From positions 16,762,101 to 16,826,100 of the forward strand of contig NC_092677.1 of the NCBI RefSeq assembly GCF_964355755.1: a DNA stretch of 64,000 nt, written 5' to 3'. How positions within the stretch are numbered: the stretch's first letter is position 1; every line of letters begins with the position of its first letter. The notes under the pieces are model-generated. The model did no database searches. It had not been told where the DNA came from and worked only from the letters and a program-made list of their open reading frames with translations. Of the stretch, positions 1-12,800 are shown piece after piece. The DNA comes from Antedon mediterranea. Its lineage: Eukaryota; Animalia; Echinodermata. The translations under genes and the position numbers were made by a program.

Positions 1-28
1 AGTTAGCAATAATTATTTGTATTTTTAC

Positions 29-2152
29 CGTATGTGCACTGACTTTCTCCTTCCATTGATCATGTCGGCCAAGACTCTTATCAATGCTGTATGGTGTCTT
101 TGGATATAAATGACATTCTTTCTGCCCTGGATCGGTTTTGCAGATTCCGAGGGCGTGACAAGCCACGTCGCCATCGACGTCTTTTTCAAAACTGTAAAAT
201 GCACAACGAAACATCAATAGCTATTGGCTATACGCCGTCGCGATGACTACAAAACCACCATTATCTTTGCACATAAATAATCCACTTACATTTTTATCAA
301 CGTCGGTGTTGCTATTGCTACAACAATTCGACAAGGGTTGTCAAAACTTTCTGAAAAAAAAGGTACAGCAGTCTACAATAAAACAATATTGTTTACACTG
401 TTCATAGCGATAGCATATTATTTCTGATAGGTTTGGAGAGGGAGGTACAGACTGTGTAACACAGTAGATATGAACAATAAGTATAAGCTTTTTAAAAACC
501 AACAAAGCATAACAAACACTATTTTATAATTTTATATTCATATTATATTCATTCACATTTTTATTTGAAACAGTCCAGGAAAAAATTCATACATTTACAG
601 TAAGTTAAATGATAACTTAATTTTATTTTGATTTTGAACAAAAAAAACAAGCAAAGGGAACAAGCTATCCGTTTAAACGTGAAGCGGTTACATAATAAAA
701 ATAATAACTTTATTTAAAAACGGATGCAACACTTGGATCAACAGATTGGTGTTTTCACATCTCCAACTGTATTTATTTAACGGTAAATAAATATTTTTAC
801 TAGAAAGCTGTATTTCTTAATTGATTAACAAACTTACTTGGAAGTAAATCGCAAAGTTTTAATAACGAATCGACAACCGTCTCATTCTGGATCTGGGCCA
901 ACTGCTCTCCGAGAGATACCAACAAAGTACAAGCTATGAAATGGAAATTGTAAAGCGTGGTTCCCACTAGCGACGCAACACAAGGACGTAACGCAACGCA
1001 AGTGAATTGACCAATCACAAGCGATGGCTTATTCGCTTGTGATTGCTAAAGCTTGGTTCCCACTAGAACGTAACGCAAGGACGTAAACTCAACGCAAGCG
1101 AATTGACCAATCACAAACGATGGCTTATTCGCTTGTGATTGCTAACTGTCTATAACTTCGCTTGTCATTGGTTAAAACGCTTGCGTTGCGTTTACGTCCT
1201 TGCGTTACGTTCTAGTGGGAACCAAGCTTGACTGTCTATAACTTCGCTTGTCATTGGTTAAAACGCTTGCGTTGCGTTTACGTCCTTGCGGTACGTTCTA
1301 GTGGGAACCAAGCTTCAAAGTGTAAGTAATAATCTAAACTATAAGCCTACTCGACACAAATAATATCACGAAAGAGTATCATTACTATGTAATTTACTCT
1401 TCTCCTACCAAGCAGTTTCCAACACCCTATTATTCACCAGGAGGTATTTCCTTCTTGAAATTAAATCATCAAGATGGCAGTACGGAAAACATATATGATG
1501 TTTCCGGGTTAATGAAATTATTAGCGAGTCTATAAAGATATAAGAAAAACAAAGGGTATACCCCATCTGAATGTACACGTCATGCATAAAATATATTTGT
1601 TATAAATGATTTCCAACAAATTAAGTTACTTGTTTCATTATTTAGATAGATCATTTAGAAAAATATTCATCTTAAGTCTTTTCTTTTTAACAAGGAACCT
1701 AGTAAAAGTATTGTTAGGCGTTCTGTTCTTGGTAGGTTGCCATATACAAGTCAATTAATAAATACATTTTCTTTTCGTATTAGATAAAAAATAAATTAAA
1801 TTAAATTAGTCGCTTTAATATTGACGTCGAGTTTGGAGTTGTATATTCGTTTTTTAACATATCCTTATTTTTACAGCAACATTTTTCGCAGAACAACCTA
1901 TAGCTGAATTATTGTATGGTTTTACTGTTGTGTTGCCCTAAATCTGCTATCAGAACTCCAATGTAACGACCTATGCACTTATCTAGTTAGTCTTGATGAA
2001 TTGACCCTATAGATTAAGGTAAGGGCATAAGTTAGAATACACTTACCTGCACAGTCTGTACCACCATTTACCCCACGTGTTTGTGCATGAGGAACGAATA
2101 TCACAAAAATAAAGACGCAGAGTGTGAACATGAGTTGTTTCGTAGGAGACAT
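29..2152 (-). CDS. AOAH: Acyloxyacyl hydrolase, 5' part (signal peptide + saposin B domain); exons 2152-2047, 933-838, 350-290, 191-29; gene continues off the left edge
   Basis: GT-AG exons with compatible phases splice to MSPTKQLMFTLCVFIFVIFVPHAQTRGVNGGTDCAACTLLVSLGEQLAQIQNETVVDSLLKLCDLLPKSFDNPCRIVVAIATPTLIKIFEKDVDGDVACHALGICKTDPGQKECHLYP. This matches, from memory, the AOAH N-terminus (CxxCxLxVSxxEQLAQ, LCxxLP, DVxCHxLxxCK, CHLYP). Only one exon is visible in the ORF track (800..1018). Confidence 0.88.
954..1314. mobile_element. PIF/Harbinger-like MITE with a second copy of the same MITE (1050-1228) nested inside it; in AOAH intron 1
   Basis: Long imperfect TIRs AGCGTGGTTCCCACTAG...CTAGTGGGAACCAAGCT. 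Outer copy is flanked by TAA/TCA and inner copy by TAA/TGA. An uninterrupted copy lies at 14131-14309. Confidence 0.85.
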
Positions 2153-4689
2153 CACATTGAACTATTCACGGCGGCGGGAGAGCTAACGATTGCAACGTGA
2201 CTATTACAGTAGAGAAACTTTAATTGATTTATATATAACTTATCTGTAATGCTGTCATTTGACGTAGTTATACAAACAATCGTAATCAAAAAAGTTTATA
2301 TATACTTCCTTATCGCTCCTGCTCTACAGTGTCTTTGTCATGTGTTAGACCATGACAATATTTATATAGTATTCTACAATAGCCTCTTTACGTTGCAGCT
2401 TATTGATACTACTACTACTGCTACACATCAATTGCTGTTTCTTTGTCAGTAATGTAATAATTATACTTTCAAATAATAGAAAGTGAAACCCGGAAATGTT
2501 GATGTAGGCCTACATATCGTAAACTACAAAATGTACACAATAATAATGTACAATACATGTACTTTCTATTGATAGTTTTAACTAATTAAAATTAAAATTT
2601 GTTATATATGTTATGCTTGATTGCCTGTGGATGTCTTTGTTTATATGAATGTATATGCATGAGTAAAGTAGGGTTTGTAGTACACCGTGTGAAGAAGTTT
2701 TAGTTGGCGTGTTAAGGGAACCAATCCTTCAAATTGTGATAACATTCTGAAACTTGGCACAGTTATTCATTAGGGTATCAAAAACATCGAATTTGGCCAG
2801 GAAAAGCAGCCATTTTGGATTTCAAATATGTATGCATGTTCAATTACCTTTTTAAAATAAATGTTAAATTAACTTTAGCAAGGTGCAACAATAATTACCT
2901 TTGACTTGATTAATTAAAGCATGATTCAAAGATAAACAATACAACATAAAGTTTTGTTATGCTAATTACAAAAATGAATGACACTAGGTCTATTCCATCA
3001 GCATGCTCTTGTTCGATAATATTTTAGATATTTCCTCATCTTCTTACAAGTTAATGTCTGTCTACCAGACGCAGATCCAGTGCCTGGTCGGGAGCCAAAA
3101 TTATCTGTGATACTGCATCTACTTCCTTGTCAATTACCACTTGAAAGTTCCTTATTATCTACCAAAATCGAAACACATTATTAGTGATAACATATTATTA
3201 GTTTCATAAAGTCAACAGTAGAAGATCGTCTCCCAATGTGCTATTAAATCTGTGTATGCTCTGCACTGCTGACCGCCATAGCCCGCATTTTTTTTAGTTT
3301 CAATTTCAGCTTGAGGACAATAATAGATTACCTTTTTTATCTAATTGTACGTTTATTTCTTCTTCACATATTAGATATTATTGTGTATGGGAAAATTGAG
3401 AAGTAAGACAAAAAATTGACGAACACAAAAAAAAGAGAAGAAAAACGAAGCTGGCGGATCTACATGAAAATTTAGCGGGACTACTAACTTGCTTAGGTAG
3501 TCCTACTTCCTTCAAACAAACTTGCTTAAATTCCTCCCCAATTAAGTATATGCAAACATATGCATACTAAGAAAGATAATGTAAGAGGATAACTGAAACC
3601 ATAATCCTAGATTTAACAGCAATTTGTATTTACTAATAATTATTATTAGAGAGGGCTATTACATTTACCATTGGTAATAATGTGTGCATTTTTTGTTCAG
3701 CCATCCGACGACCTAATGATAAAAAAAAATGTGTAAAACTTGTCATTTTAAATGTAAATTATTTATTCTAGAACCGTACGATCTTTCTTTCAACCTGTAT
3801 GAGTTTATTCTAAATACAGTTTGAGAATACATATACGCACATTTATTATTATGACATTTTTTGTAAAATGTTTGAATATACAGTTTTATCAAAAGGCAGG
3901 CCCAGTACCATATTTATGCCGACCACGATGTTATAAAACTAAGCTATATCTCCTCTGGTAGGTTGAATATCTGACCAGACATCGTTGTTTTCTCTGCCGT
4001 ACTTTTCAACTCTTAATTTTTTTTAATTGTTTTCTTTTCTTTTTTTTTAAATAATACTTTATAAAGTTCAGTTTTTAATTATGGATTGGTCAGTAATCAA
4101 TAACTTTGTAACATAAACATTGATAATTTTCCATTAAAAAAAATAGGAGAAAAATTTGTGTCCAACGGCTTATTATAATTTACTCTTTAACGTCGGTTCG
4201 CTACTTCCCTCTATTGTTGAAATTACTTTCTGTACGATGTATTGAAAATTATACTTACCGATACAACTTCGAACACCAAATCCAAATGGTAGCATCAAGA
4301 AATGATTCAAACTCTCGCCTTTCACTCGATTAAGCCATCTTTCAGGTTTGAAGATCAATGGATCTTCAAAATATTCTGGATCACGGGACACTGAATACAT
4401 ATTCAACAAAATGGTCATCTAGAACATAAATATAATATGTGATGTGCCTATATATGGACATAATGATGTCGTACCACTACCATATCCAGGCATATCACTA
4501 CCATATTTGGGCACATCACACTTTTTGTCAAATTAATCTCATACCGTAGTGTAGACACTTTAGTGGTGTTATTTTAATTATTTACTTATTCTGATAAATC
4601 AACTTCAATACCTGGCACTGTATTCTAGATATTTTCCCCTCATTTTTTTAAAAACGGTAATGGCTTAAAATCCCTTCCCCTCCTTTTGG

Positions 4690-4880
4690 TGGTGAATTGG
4701 GCAGTAGGCCTACACCAGTGTCCCTTACTCCATATATGATGTTTTGCATTTTCACAATGGCCAACGGCTTAATGTCTTATCCAGAGTGACGATGGAGTGG
4801 TATTCGAAACCTATGATATTCCACGATTAAGCGTATGCCTACAGCACAGTGACTACCACCAATTTAGCCGAATGCGCTCT
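4690..4880 (-). mobile_element. Decayed tRNA-derived SINE (Deu/Nin-like core) in CYP copy 1 intron 6
   Basis: Minus strand shows A-box-like CGGCTAAATTGG and B-box-like GGTTTCGAATACC, then GGATAAGACATTAAGCCGTTGGCC...GAGTAAGGG, resembling the SINE at 61370-61718. Confidence 0.5.
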
Positions 4881-6309
4881 TCACATTGTTTCATCGTCAC
4901 ATTTCAACAACCTGGACTTACCCCAGCTGGTATTATGTATCCATTGAGGTTCATATCTTCCGTTACATTTCTGGATAGTAGAGGTTGTATTGGATATAGC
5001 CTGTCAATTTAAAATAACACGGTCAATTTAAGCGAATGCAGTAAAATAAATTACCAAATTGACAACACAATAAAACCGACAGTTCATGTAGGCATTGAGA
5101 TAATGAAATTGAAAATAGACAATAGTGTTGTGTGATGTCATAATATCTACTGATCAATCGTAAATTAAGATGAATACATATATTTACAAATTCAATTATG
5201 GCCTCATAGTTGTAATTCACTGGTAAAGATGCATGTCTTGATAAACAGTTTCTTTAACTGTATCTTTCAAATTCCATACATTTCAACTTATTTTGTCAAA
5301 AACGTATTACTTAAAAAATGGAGAAAGGAAATTAACCTCTGTGTTTCCTGCATGACAGCTTTTAGATAGCTCATCTGATTGTAGTGTTCCTTTGTTGGCG
5401 TGATACCTTCTGGAAGAACTCGTGTTACTTCTTCGTATAAGCGTTCCTGGCAATCTGGATTCTTTGCGAGGCAGTATAGTGTCCATAAAGTTGTAATAGA
5501 AGTCTGAAATAACATGTTATTATTTCTTAGTCTTAATAATTTTACCTTATGCAAGATGCAATTTGTTTTGAATCTACAAGAACTAATGCAGGCCTATACT
5601 TAACCTTAACTCACCGTATCTACTGCAGCCGAAAGAAGTTCGGTCATATTTCCGTATATTTCTTCCTCACTCAGCTTATTCTGTGCAACAAGGTAGGCCA
5701 AGTAACTGTCATCATCAACTTGTTCGTTGGAATTGTTAGCAGCCTTCTCGGCCAGCTCTTTTAATTTATTGTCTACGAGTTATCGGCCTTTTAAGAAACA
5801 TAAATCATTGTGTAAATATCATAATTGTTACTGGTATTATAATTATTGAATTAATCATTTGAAAAATATCGACATGAAATATAAGTCCAGCGTTAAAAAG
5901 TAAAAAAATACTTACAAACTCTGAAGATCAAATTCCAAGAATCGTTGTGTAACTTAAAAGATTTTGTTTTAAGCAACTTTTGAATATAAAGGCTTAAACA
6001 TGAGATCAGTAGACGCCTCCAGTACGTTTTTAAAAGCATATAAAAACTCATCAATTTCGTTATGAATCGTTGGTGAGTTTCTTTCTAAAACACCAATGCG
6101 TTTGTCGAAACAAACCATACATGCAGCTGAAAGTAAAGAATTTTTTACCCATCATAATTTGTTATTATAACATAGAAAAGAAAATTCATTAAGCCTACAG
6201 TATTTAGCTTTATAGTATTTTCATTATACTAATGGGACTATTCCAATTATGCGAATTACATACTTTTACTGAAAATTTTGCCGTAGGCCTAAAGGTTTAT
6301 GATATCTTA

Positions 6310-6457
6310 AGAGTGGTTTCCACTAAATACGCGGATGCAACACAAGCCAGTGTTCACCGTGTGATAAGCGAAAGTTCAAATATGCTATCGCTTGTGTTTA
6401 ATCAAATCACTTACGTTGTGCTTACGTCATTGCGTTGCGTCTCTAATGGGAAACAAC
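6310..6457. mobile_element. Degenerate copy of the Harbinger-like MITE; further decayed copies near 25130-25230 and 56850-56990
   Basis: GTGGTTTCCACTA...TTACGTCATTGCGTTGCGTCTCTAATGGGAAAC resembles the arms of the 14131-14309 element. Confidence 0.6.
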
Positions 6458-7778
6458 AATTAGATGTGGTACTACATATTCACTGCAACACATGGTAAAA
6501 AATGAAGTCTATATTTTGTCGGTCAGTCCATTAATGACTTACGTACATTCAAATGCCCATCTAAACAGCTCTTCTTCGAGATTCGGTACAATGTCCTTAT
6601 TTGGACCTTCTTTCGGACGTAATGATTTTAGCCTCTCAAATACATCCGTCGACACACCATGCATACTATTTAGAAAGAGTGATATTTCTTGAGGTTGAAG
6701 TAAACGTCTACTCATAGCAGAGCGACTTCTGTGCCATTGTTCACCGCTCCTAGATAAAAATAATGCATACTAATGTAATCATTTGTTGACCTAACGATAA
6801 TTGGTTCCAATTAATCAATGTTTGTTTGTAATTATTTTAATGTTGTACACGAAGGATAACCAACTAAGTGACAAAATAAATTAAATGAAACCTAAGGAAA
6901 AGTCGGCCGCGGTTGAGTTGAGATGCACGTTTTGGCAGGATAATTCGCCAATTCGATAATTCGACACAAGATTCTCATATTTTTGGGATCCTGCCTTCGT
7001 CCCTTTTCTAAATTATCTCACTATTGTTTTTGTTACTTTTTGTCTTTTGGACGTAAATAAATGTTTTTGAATTGAGTTGAGTTGAAAAAAAAGAGCGCTC
7101 ATTTTAAACAAATACAAATCCGACTTTAATGTAAGTGTACGTTCTACCAGCTTAAATTATATGTTAAAAATACAGTTGGTTGATGTAAATAAATGTATCT
7201 ACTTACTGCAGTATGATGCCGAGTGGTTCATTGTTCGTTCTTCTATGTTCTAGCCAATATGGAAAGGGCATTCTCACGGGATACATCTTTTCTTGTCTAA
7301 AAAAGTCCTGTATGAGTTTCGGATCACTTAACACAATCATATCAAATGTTAACAGGCTGTTTCTGTACATCTTTCCGTACTTTGTAGCGTATTCACCAGT
7401 CAATTCATGATTTTTTAATAAATCTGAGCGTAACGTCAGCCAAGTTGATAATAATTTGTTGATCATTAAAGGAGCTCCTTGTATACCCACTATTGGCACA
7501 TCATCGAGAGACTTTAAATTCTCGTTCAGATGTTTTGACGGTGGATTAGAAGTTGCAGACTCTGTGTATCGTCGTGAAATTGGTAAAGTTGCAGGCCTAT
7601 ACTTGCACAATATCGTTGAAATGACTTTAGAAACTCTGGCTAAAGCTGGCATTGTTCAAGAGGTAAGTCGTGCTTTTTTGATTGCAATTATGAAACTCAT
7701 AACAATTACCGTCACAAAAAATCAATGATTTATCTGTAGCCATAATATCAACAATAAAGTGTAGACAAATATCCCAAC

Positions 7779-7791
7779 TGTGCAAAGTTCA
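7779..7791 (+). promoter_or_regulatory. Degenerate DR1-like element TGTGCA-A-AGTTCA upstream of CYP copy 1
   Basis: Lies ~127 bp upstream of the ATG, the same position as the motif in copies 3-6. Confidence 0.4.
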
Positions 7792-7829
7792 TGAGATAAA
7801 ATCGAATGATTTTGTGTAGAATATTATTA

Positions 7830-8390
7830 TTAGTCTGGTCCTTCTTCAGGAGTGACGCCAAAGGTTGTTTGAGTGACGTAAGATGTTTGATGTTCTCGCC
7901 TGTGTCTCAGCAGGTTATTATAAAGTGTTGATGGTGGACATCTGTCTTCATGTTTTGATTTTGTTTTAAATGCTGGTGAACTTCATTATAATTATGTATA
8001 TTACATAATGCGTATGTAGAGTACTAGTATAGCGTATAACATCTGCTTAATGTTCTGATATTCGTGTTCCAAACATTTCATCCTGTTTCACCATACACAT
8101 GATCACAATCTGCACACTCTATCTGCTAAACACAACCACAGCAGACGCTTTCCTGTTCGATACTGCAGTATAACAATGTGGTCTGAAAGCTCATGTAATG
8201 TCATAGACCTTCTGTCCGATATTTCTTTCACCAACGAGAGAATGATTTGACCTTTCTTGAAGTTCAAATCTTTCAATATAGGTTGTCCAAGAATGGTTGA
8301 TTGGTGTACATACCCTCATATAGGTGGATGTGATGCTGTACTTGATTGTAATGATTATTAGGACAATCAATCATTTTATTTCCCGCTCTT
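7830..8390 (-). mobile_element. Penelope-like retroelement remnant (GIY-YIG endonuclease region and 3' end)
   Basis: Minus-strand translation near 8060-8125 gives QIECADCDHVYGETG* (the CxxC..YxGETG pattern of Penelope GIY-YIG). A CCTGAAGAAG segment lies at ~7840-7850. Many stops and frameshifts. Confidence 0.6.
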
Positions 8391-8812
8391 CTTTTTTTTA
8401 CATTAGCTTAAATACACATCATCTACTACATCATCAGCGTAGCGTTTGCACCAAATAGGCATTTTGTTATAGATAAATGTGCTGAACTTCCGTTGGCATA
8501 TTTGGTAATAGTACAATAAGCACTGATCAATACAAAAAGTTCCATGAAATCGCCTTATAATATAGACGACTCTATGTCGAACGACTTTAATTTGTGTTCT
8601 CTTAATGATGCTAAATTGAGCAATGTAAACACAATCCATCTATAAATCCACATTGTAATCATGCATTTTAACTTAATTAACGTATTCTTCTTTCTTCACG
8701 TTTATTTTTTAGTTGTACCTATAATTATTATAATTACATTACAAAAGTACTATTGTCTTATACATTTAATTTGTGCTATTCTTTGTGTTTCTATTTTTAC
8801 CATTATGAACAT

Positions 8813-9556
8813 AAACAAGGCCAACAGCCATTAAGTCGCGTGCTACAATGCATAGTGATACCGGACCGACAGACAAACAGACCGACAGACAGACAGACCG
8901 ACAGACAGACGGACCGACCGACATAGTGAACTATACTGACCGAAATTACTGAACATGTTTAAAAATGTTGAAATGTTTAAAAACATTTATATTTTTTTAA
9001 TTTACACGTGCGTAGCCTGTCACTTTTGACGTGCTCGTATAACGTAATTGAAAAGTAAGTCAAGAAAACAGAAATCGGGTAAAAAGAGTGCGCAATAACA
9101 TTTAACGCGCAGTGCGCGCGCAAAAATCTGCGCACTCATGGCAATTTTGTAAACGCTTAAAATTGCCTGAAACGTACTCTTATTTCATCGAAAATAAATT
9201 TTGAAAATTTTAAGCGCGCGTACGCATGCGTTACATGCTCTACGCACGTAATTGTATTGCCATATGATGATTTATGCCCTGAAATTTATGAGTACCAAAT
9301 TTTATTTAATTGTGATTCATGGTTGTTAAGATATGATTACAAACGTGATTTCGTTAAATCGTGCGTAGACCGCGTAATTTTTTATTGCGCACCGTGAAAA
9401 CATAACCACATCGATTCCTGGCCATAAGGAATATTCTGTGAAAAATTGACTTAGCTAGATTAAACTGATATCAAGATAAGGTCATAAAGCGATAAAACGC
9501 ATAGTGATACCGGACCGACAGACAGACAGACAGACCGACAGACAGACCGACAGACC

Positions 9557-9591
<35 letters not shown>

Positions 9592-9639
9592 CGACCGACC
9601 GACATAGTGAACTATAGAGTCGCTTCCACGCGACTAAAA
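8813..9639 (-). mobile_element. Non-autonomous Helentron/DINE-1-like element (HINE) with (GTCT/GTCG)n microsatellites
   Basis: Minus strand begins TTTTAGTCGCGTGGAAGCGACT (sub-TIR with hairpin) followed by a GTCN microsatellite. It ends CACGCGACT-TAAT-GGCTGTTGGCC-TTGTT (sub-TIR, 3' hairpin, T-rich end). The microsatellite block occurs twice (8850-8935, 9499-9616). Confidence 0.75.
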
Positions 9640-9854
9640 ATATATCTCATTCAATTACATATCTTTACATTGTTGAAATATGTGTCACACCATTCAACCC
9701 ATTTACCATATCATTGATAATATACATAATGTGTTATCAACAGAAGATAAAGTAAGGTTGCATGAACTGTAAACCTTACTTTACTTGTGTATATTTGATA
9801 TATTGATAGGATTGATGACTAAAATTATGATATATATATTACTGAGAGGGATCT

Positions 9855-12800
9855 TCAGACACGCTCATTTCTGTCTACCAGGCGGAGATCCAGTGGCTGG
9901 TCCGGTACCAAAAGCGTTCTTGATGCAATCTTAATTTCTTTGTCAATTTCCAACCAGAAATTTCTTATAATCTACAAAAAGAGGAAATAGACATAAAAGT
10001 ATATTGGTTACAATTTCATCAATATATTTTCATTCAAAGTAGAAGTAGATATATACAAAAAAAGATAAGTAAAAGTATGCCCAAAATAGCGCGATCTCGA
10101 CGTATCTAGTCTAAAATGAATAAATAGATGTTATAAATTGTCTGTAGATATTAACCTACTGACAAAGATATATCGTACAGCTAGACTATTTCTAGACAAC
10201 CTGCGATAGTCAGTTAGACTCTATCTAGTGACAGCTGCAGAATCGGGTGATCGATAGAAGATTTACCATTACTAATAATGTGTGTATCTCTTGTTCAGCA
10301 AGCCGGCGACCTAATAATAAAAAAAGAAATAATTATCAGAACATATCCAATGGGGATTGTCACTTCTCTTATATCATCCACTTGAGGGGTAGGTGGATTT
10401 TCCGTACACCCCAAAACAGGTCGACGTTTTGTAAAATTAATAGCAAAATTACTTACCAATACAACTTCTAACACCAACACCAAATGGTAACATCAAGAAA
10501 TTGTTTAAACTTTCGCCTTTCACTCGATGAAGCCATCGTTCAGGTTTGAAGCTCAACGGGTCGTCAAAGTATTCTGGATTACGTGTTATTGAGTACGTAT
10601 CAAGGAGAACAAGTGTCTATAATCAAATAATAATTCATGTCAAATTTGTATTCCATATCATTTTGCTACAAGATATGGTTTAAAATTGTGCATTTCAATT
10701 GATAGTATTTAACCGTAAATTCAGAAATGATTTACAATGATTCAATAATGGTTTTCCATTTTATCCAGTTGATCAACCATTTTAGACACCCCTCCCGACG
10801 TTTTCGTAAATAACACACGTACCCCAGCTGGTATCCTGTACCCATTAATGTTTTTATCCTTTTGAATACGCCTTGATAGGCCTAGTCCTACTATTATTGG
10901 AAATAATCTGTAAATAAAAAATTAACAAGACAACATAAAAGACATTTGTTTGTATTATTTACTTTTGGTAAATATATAAAAAAAAATACATACAAAACTT
11001 AAGAGATGTATAGTGTCGTATGCAAGCTTTTAATTAATGTTTTATTCACATTCATATTATCTCATATTACATAAAATCGTATTATTTAACTTGTAAATGT
11101 CGTTACAGTTCATAAGTAACATTTTTACATATATGAATTCTGTATTACCTTTTTTCATTAATTTTCTTATATTTTGTTATACACTTGACAGGATCATCCT
11201 TATCATCTATCCCGTTTTAAAATAGTTCACACATTTTCATTTGTTTGTTTTTATTTTACAACCCGGATTATACAATATATTTATATACATGATAAAAAAA
11301 TTTTAATTACAGTTGTTGATCAGTCACCTAAACCAAAATTCAATATTGTTTTCCTTGCCATTTAACAAAATTTTTCACTTTGTTTTATTATACCCGTTGT
11401 AGTAATTTTTTTTTTAAGGATGAAACTGAAACTTGATCTATTAGTGGTAGTTAAGATACAACGCACCAACTGGGACAATATCAGGTACATTCATTTGTGA
11501 ATTCTCCTTTTTTTTTTTTTTTTACTGTTTTTCTCTTGGCAGATATGAATATCTTTTTGTAAAAAAATACGATAACAGTTGGTGACTTCAATAAAAAAAA
11601 CATTGACGAGAAAGACGAATAAATGATAACCTGTGTGTTTCTTGCATGACGGCTTTTAGATAGCTCATCTGGTTGTAGCGATCTTTTGTTGGTGTGATGC
11701 CTTCTGGAATAACTCGTGTTACTTCTTCGTATAAACGTTCCTGGCAATCTGGATTCTTTGCGAGGCAGTATAGCATCCATAACATAGAGTTCGATGTCTG
11801 TAATGAAACCTTTCAATAATGAATCTTTAATTTAGTTTAGTTTTGACCTACAATCATGATGATTATACTCTACTTGTTTAAGATTTACAAGATATACTTT
11901 TACCACTCACTGTGTCTACTGCCGCCGCTAGCATTTCGGTCATATTTCCGTAAATTTCTTCATCACTCAATTTTTCCTGTGCGACAAGGTAGGCCAAGTA
12001 ACTGCCATCGTCAAACTGTTTTTTGTCACTTTCAGTAACATTTTTGGCTAGCTCGTTTAGTTTCATATTGATTAGGTCACACGCTATAATAAATAATATG
12101 CTACTGTGTGTAAGATGTTAAATATAGGTCTTCAATGCTTGTCTACCTCTATAGATTTTTTTAATCGCAACTCTGAATTAGTGATTTATAATATCTCCAT
12201 GCGATTAATTGACAAATTAAAAGGTTATACTACTTACAGACTCTGAAGAGCAAATCCCATGATTCTTTATGTAGATTGTAGGATTTAGTTTTCAACATCT
12301 TTTCAATATAATAAGGTTTAAACATGAGATCAGCGGTGCTCACCAATACGTTTTGAAAAGCGTTTACAAACTCATCAATGTCATCATGAATCTTCGGTGA
12401 ATTATTGTCCAAAATTCCAAGACGTTTGTCGAAGAAAACTGTACAAGCAGCTAAAAGTAAGTATTGGTACACATATATTCTATGTTTAAAATAAAAGCAC
12501 ACGACAAAAACATCTATACTTTATATATATATATATATAAACATTTGCGATTTAATACTTTGTTAAAACTGTCACTGTCATAATCAACTGAAATAGTAAA
12601 GTAAATGTAACGATACATGCACTACAACATTTTTATTTGTTGTAATTATTAGTTAACGTTTAGAAACAACTGTCAATAAGAAAGTGTATTTGTATATAAA
12701 GTATGTGTTTAAACAGTCACAGTCAGTTAGGAAATGTGCGCTTCAAATGGCGACAAAAAATGGTTTTAAGTTTATCCTCCAAGGGTCAATACATTTACCT

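Larger units (their letters stand above)
3051..7652 (-). pseudogene. Mitochondrial-clan cytochrome P450 copy 1, disabled; exons 7652-7207, 6749-6547, 6126-5916, 5787-5615, 5503-5337, 5000-4922, 4418-4259, 3712-3669, 3158-3051
   Basis: All 9 exons and motifs are present (WxxxR, AAVDT, ETQR, PERW, FGFGVRSCIG). Exon 3 is 211 nt versus 213 in the five paralogs (2-nt deletion near 5988, KPLYSKVA*), and exon 4 has an in-frame TAA at 5780-5782 where the paralogs have GAC. Confidence 0.85.

Noticed and set aside
7590-7602. TAGGCCTG on the coding strand of copy 1 exon 1 as another coding footprint
   Set aside because: It is an imperfect match in a poorly alignable leader region, so an insertion cannot be demonstrated.
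7830-7860. Possible hammerhead ribozyme at the Penelope end (CTGAAGA); similar CTGATGA at 38650 and 35256
   Set aside because: The GAAA core and closing stems could not be found in the required arrangement.
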